From NCBI GenBank assembly GCA_946188105.1, contig CAMHTQ010000002.1:3357-67356 (forward strand): a stretch of DNA of 64,000 bases, read 5' to 3'. Under the pieces are notes generated by a model that saw only the letters and a program-made list of their open reading frames with translations, did not search any database and was not told the DNA's origin. Both the position numbers and the translations under genes were made by a program. How positions within the stretch are numbered: position 1 is the first letter of the stretch; each line of letters starts with the position of its first letter. This DNA is from an uncultured Alphaproteobacteria bacterium. Its GTDB lineage: Bacteria > Pseudomonadota > Alphaproteobacteria > Rs-D84. Positions 60,621 to 64,000 of the stretch are shown one piece after another.

Positions 60621-63600
60621 ATGGAGATGCATTTTTTTAAAAATTCAGTCAGTTTTATCGCGGTAATGTCCGTATTTGGTGTGGCTTTGGCGGCTGTGGC
60701 ACCGGCACGTGTTGGGGTTGTAACTAATGCAACTGTGATGCGTCGTTTGCCATCTTTGTCGAATGTTACGATGAAGTCTGCCAGTTCATCTACCAGTGCA
60801 ACGGCAACATTGGCCAGTTCATCCAGTGATGCAACAACTGGTACGGGATTGTTATCAGACACAGAATGTTTTGAAAACTATCGTGAATGTATGAAATCTG
60901 ATAATGCCTGCGGTTCTGATTTCGAAGAATGCACAACAAATGTATTATTCCATGGTCGTATGTCTGAATGTTACAGCACATTATATCAATGTTCTCCTGA
61001 TGCTATTGAAAAATTGGTTGGTACAAACAACTTGTCTGCCTTGTCGGACGTTGATTCCTATGTCGAAGGAACCAAAAATACCGAGGTTGCCCGCTATGCA
61101 TACCCAACTGACGGCTCCATTATGGGTATGGATATTATCGGTGCTGCAACTCGTAACAAATTATCAACTGCTGACTGTGTAAAGAAATATAAAAACTGCT
61201 TAACCAAAGATAATGTTTGTGGCGAAGATTTCGAACTTTGCACAACAACAGATGAATTTAAAAAACAGGCAGTTATGTGCGATTCCACATTGGCACGTTG
61301 TCAGAAAGAGGGTTTCCAACAATTATTTGGTGAAAAGCAAACAATGAAACCTGCGGGTAATGCTTTGAAACCAAACGATGGTGACACTAAAAAATGGATG
61401 GACGATGGTGCTTCATTGGCGGCTGCAAATGCTGTGAACACATGTTACAAGGTTGTCGACAGCTGCTTTATCAACGCATGTGCCAAAAACCCATACCGTT
61501 GTGTCGAGGGTATAAACTTTGATGTTTTGAACAGTGCTGATTTCGTTGCTGAAAACAAAACCCCAGAAACATCTGCTGATGCAACTGCGGATATGTCCAC
61601 AGAAACCCAGACAGCCAGCACCGTTCGTAAATTCTATCGTGCTGCATGCCAAGACACAATTGGCTCTAATAAATATTGCTATATGACATTCAAAGAAAAA
61701 ACACCATCTAAAAAAGATTTGACCGATGCTGATACTCGCGAGGAAATCTTTGACGAGGCATATGCAACCCGTAATAAAAAAGATATTTTGGGTACCAAGG
61801 TTACAACCATGGTTGAAAAATTTGATACAACGGCCAAGAATAAATGTATTGAAACATTTAAATCTTGTGCGGTTCGTTCATGTGGTGGTGGTTCTGGTGC
61901 CGCATGTTATTATAAAGTATTCGGCAAAAACCAAGATTTAAGCAATTCAATCAATAATGCCGCATACGAAGATGTTGCACGTGGTTGTGCTGCGGTTGTA
62001 AATACCGATGTAAATTGTCGTTATATGGCTGCAACACAAAACAAAGACAACAACGTATATACTTATTCATTCAGCAATGACGAGGCATTTGACCTGTTGT
62101 TCCCAAAATATGATGATGCTAACCCAGAAACCAAAAACTATCCTGCGGTTGCCGCATTAAATGCTGATTTGGCTACAACATATAATGATGCTGCAATCGA
62201 AGGCATGAAGAAACAATGTCAAAACGTTGTTGCAAATTGTGTGAAATCAATGTGCGGTAAAGATTACCAGAATTGTTATCGTAACCGTAATGATATTTAT
62301 TTGGCTACATATGCTACTGGCAATGCTGATTTTGATAATTCCATGAACAAAATCGGTGGAATTTTGGATTACACAATTATCCAAGGTTTATGCACATCAA
62401 CTGTTAAAAACACAGATGCCTGTGCCGAAAGTTTGGCAATTCACAAATTGGGTGTTGTCGAAGGTGCCAGTGACGTAACTGCAAAATGGGGTGCAAACGA
62501 CAAAACAATTTCATCTGCATGGCGTTCAACTGCACGTGTCGGATACAGCAACGATATGGTTGCCGAAGAAGACGATAACGGCAGAAAGTTGTGTAAATGT
62601 AAATCCGGTGGTAAAAACATTTGCGGATTCGAAGGTGGTGGTGACCTGGATTGTATGGAACAAAGCATGGTATCCCAGGGTGTTATGATTGATAAAACGG
62701 TCGTAACCAACGTGTTCCAAGACGTCTTGTTCGATGTCGAGTTAGAGGCCCAGGCCCAGTACAAGGCAAAATTGACCAAGGAACAAAATATTTGTTTGGC
62801 ACAAAACAATGGTTCAAATCCAGACAAAGCATATGTTTGGGCTGAATTGACAACACCAAACAGAGCATTGCCAGACGAATATACATCCAAAGGATTGGGA
62901 AATAACTCCAAGGAAAGTAACAACTTGTACGGGTCATTCTGTCGTATCAAGGTTGTTTTAAGATCCAATGATAAAGATGTTCAAAATGCATTGTCTGCGG
63001 CTGGTGGTGAAAGTGCATACTTTGCAATGGGCGATCCATTTACATGCGGTTCATGGATGAATGCCAAGGCATTGGAAACAATAACCCAAAAAGTTGGTGA
63101 TGCCGCACGTAAAGAAGCAGGCGAAGGTTCCCAAGCCGACAAGAACACCAGATTGTTCGCAACATTGGGCGGTACCGTTTTGGGTGGCGGACTGGGTGCA
63201 TTTGCAGCCGACAAATTGCAAACCGGCAGTTTGGGTGGATTGTTGAATCCAAACTTGACCAAGAATAAAGCTCGTGAGGCAGCAAAAGACGCAATTGACG
63301 AGGCTGAAAAGAAATTGAGTCAGGCTGTAAATGATGGTCCATCCAAAGGAAAGTCTGCTATGACCACAGCAATTTCCAAGGCCAAAGAGGCAAAGAAGAA
63401 ATTGGAAGAAGCTGGTATTGAAGGTTTGCCAACAATTCCAACTGTCAAAACAGACACAACAGAAGCCGCAGCCGCAATATACGGTTATGCTGATGGCCAA
63501 AAAGAACAAGCCCAAAGTTTAATAAACCAAATAGATGGATATTGCAAGGAGTATGCAGACGCAAATCCAAATGCCAAAGGTGCTTGTAATAATATTCAGG

Positions 63601-64000
63601 TTGCACAGGCTTATTTAAATGGAACTATTACAGGAGCTGGAAGTAATACTCAGGTAAAAACTACATTGCAGGGTATTTGTAACGACTCTTTAAAGCAATA
63701 CGATCAATTTAAAAAGCCAGGTACTGATGTTAAAAAGAAAGCATTTAAAGAAAATGTTATTAGAGTATGTAACGATGTTGAGAACATGACCTTAACAAGT
63801 TCTGAAACATCTGCCAAGAGAGATGCATCATCAACATGGAATTCATCAGATGTTACTGAATTGAGCGGTGCAATAACAAAGTTGAGAGAGAAACTCGAGG
63901 ATGCAGACGATACCAAAGACGGTAAATCACAACGTGCATGGATTGATGTTGCTGGCGGTGTTATCGGTGCTGCTGCGGTCGGTGGTGTTACACACTTGGC
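60621..64000 (+). CDS. Giant secreted Cys-rich protein (>1100 aa, runs off window end)
   Basis: Manual translation from ATG 60621 (AGGAG SD): MEMHFFKNSVSFIAVMSVFGVALAA...; open in every stretch translated, including the last 500 nt; not in the ORF track, consistent with no stop before 64000. Confidence 0.85.
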   Translation, partial: MEMHFFKNSVSFIAVMSVFGVALAAVAPARVGVVTNATVMRRLPSLSNVTMKSASSSTSATATLASSSSDATTGTGLLSDTECFENYRECMKSDNACGSDFEECTTNVLFHGRMSECYSTLYQCSPDAIEKLVGTNNLSALSDVDSYVEGTKNTEVARYAYPTDGSIMGMDIIGAATRNKLSTADCVKKYKNCLTKDNVCGEDFELCTTTDEFKKQAVMCDSTLARCQKEGFQQLFGEKQTMKPAGNALKPNDGDTKKWMDDGASLAAANAVNTCYKVVDSCFINACAKNPYRCVEGINFDVLNSADFVAENKTPETSADATADMSTETQTASTVRKFYRAACQDTIGSNKYCYMTFKEKTPSKKDLTDADTREEIFDEAYATRNKKDILGTKVTTMVEKFDTTAKNKCIETFKSCAVRSCGGGSGAACYYKVFGKNQDLSNSINNAAYEDVARGCAAVVNTDVNCRYMAATQNKDNNVYTYSFSNDEAFDLLFPKYDDANPETKNYPAVAALNADLATTYNDAAIEGMKKQCQNVVANCVKSMCGKDYQNCYRNRNDIYLATYATGNADFDNSMNKIGGILDYTIIQGLCTSTVKNTDACAESLAIHKLGVVEGASDVTAKWGANDKTISSAWRSTARVGYSNDMVAEEDDNGRKLCKCKSGGKNICGFEGGGDLDCMEQSMVSQGVMIDKTVVTNVFQDVLFDVELEAQAQYKAKLTKEQNICLAQNNGSNPDKAYVWAELTTPNRALPDEYTSKGLGNNSKESNNLYGSFCRIKVVLRSNDKDVQNALSAAGGESAYFAMGDPFTCGSWMNAKALETITQKVGDAARKEAGEGSQADKNTRLFATLGGTVLGGGLGAFAADKLQTGSLGGLLNPNLTKNKAREAAKDAIDEAEKKLSQAVNDGPSKGKSAMTTAISKAKEAKKKLEEAGIEGLPTIPTVKTDTTEAAAAIYGYADGQKEQAQSLINQIDGYCKEYADANPNAKGACNNIQVAQAYLNGTITGAGSNTQVKTTLQGICNDSLKQYDQFKKPGTDVKKKAFKENVIRVCNDVENMTLTSSETSAKRDASSTWNSSDVTELSGAITKLREKLEDADDTKDGKSQRAWIDVAGGVIGAAAVGGVTHL

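Noticed and set aside
60554-63916. Many short ORFs listed in the track over the last 3.4 kb
   Set aside because: They are antisense or out-of-frame shadows of the single long plus-strand ORF starting at 60621

Overview
AT-rich chromosomal backbone of a genome-reduced Gram-negative alphaproteobacterium. Supporting markers are an alpha-type SspB, a DUF4167-like protein, a ZitP-like protein and the lptD-surA gene order. By inference only, it resembles host-associated uncultured lineages such as Rs-D84/Ca. Enterousia. Housekeeping genes include metG (partial), rlmN, lptD, nusA, infB, recF, gpsA, rsmG-parA-parB, pal, infC, pnp, der, rsmE, rpsO, truB, mutS, xseB, mreB, rnpA, accBC, dnaX and rluD, plus three tRNAs (Val-GAC, Val-TAC, Cys-GCA) and a MacAB-TolC-type exporter. 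I saw no transposase, integrase, prophage, rRNA or CRISPR array. Scattered among the core genes is a candidate cell-contact system. Its parts are a stand-alone VirD4 coupling protein, a type IV pilin inside the dnaX operon, three tandem PilV-like tip pilins (one lacking Glu5) beside a ZitP-like gene, secreted Cys-rich and Gly-zipper proteins, and signal-less orphans with basic C-termini. One of the secreted proteins is an ORF of more than 1100 aa that the ORF track missed because it runs off the window. All product calls come from motif recognition by eye, not database searches.
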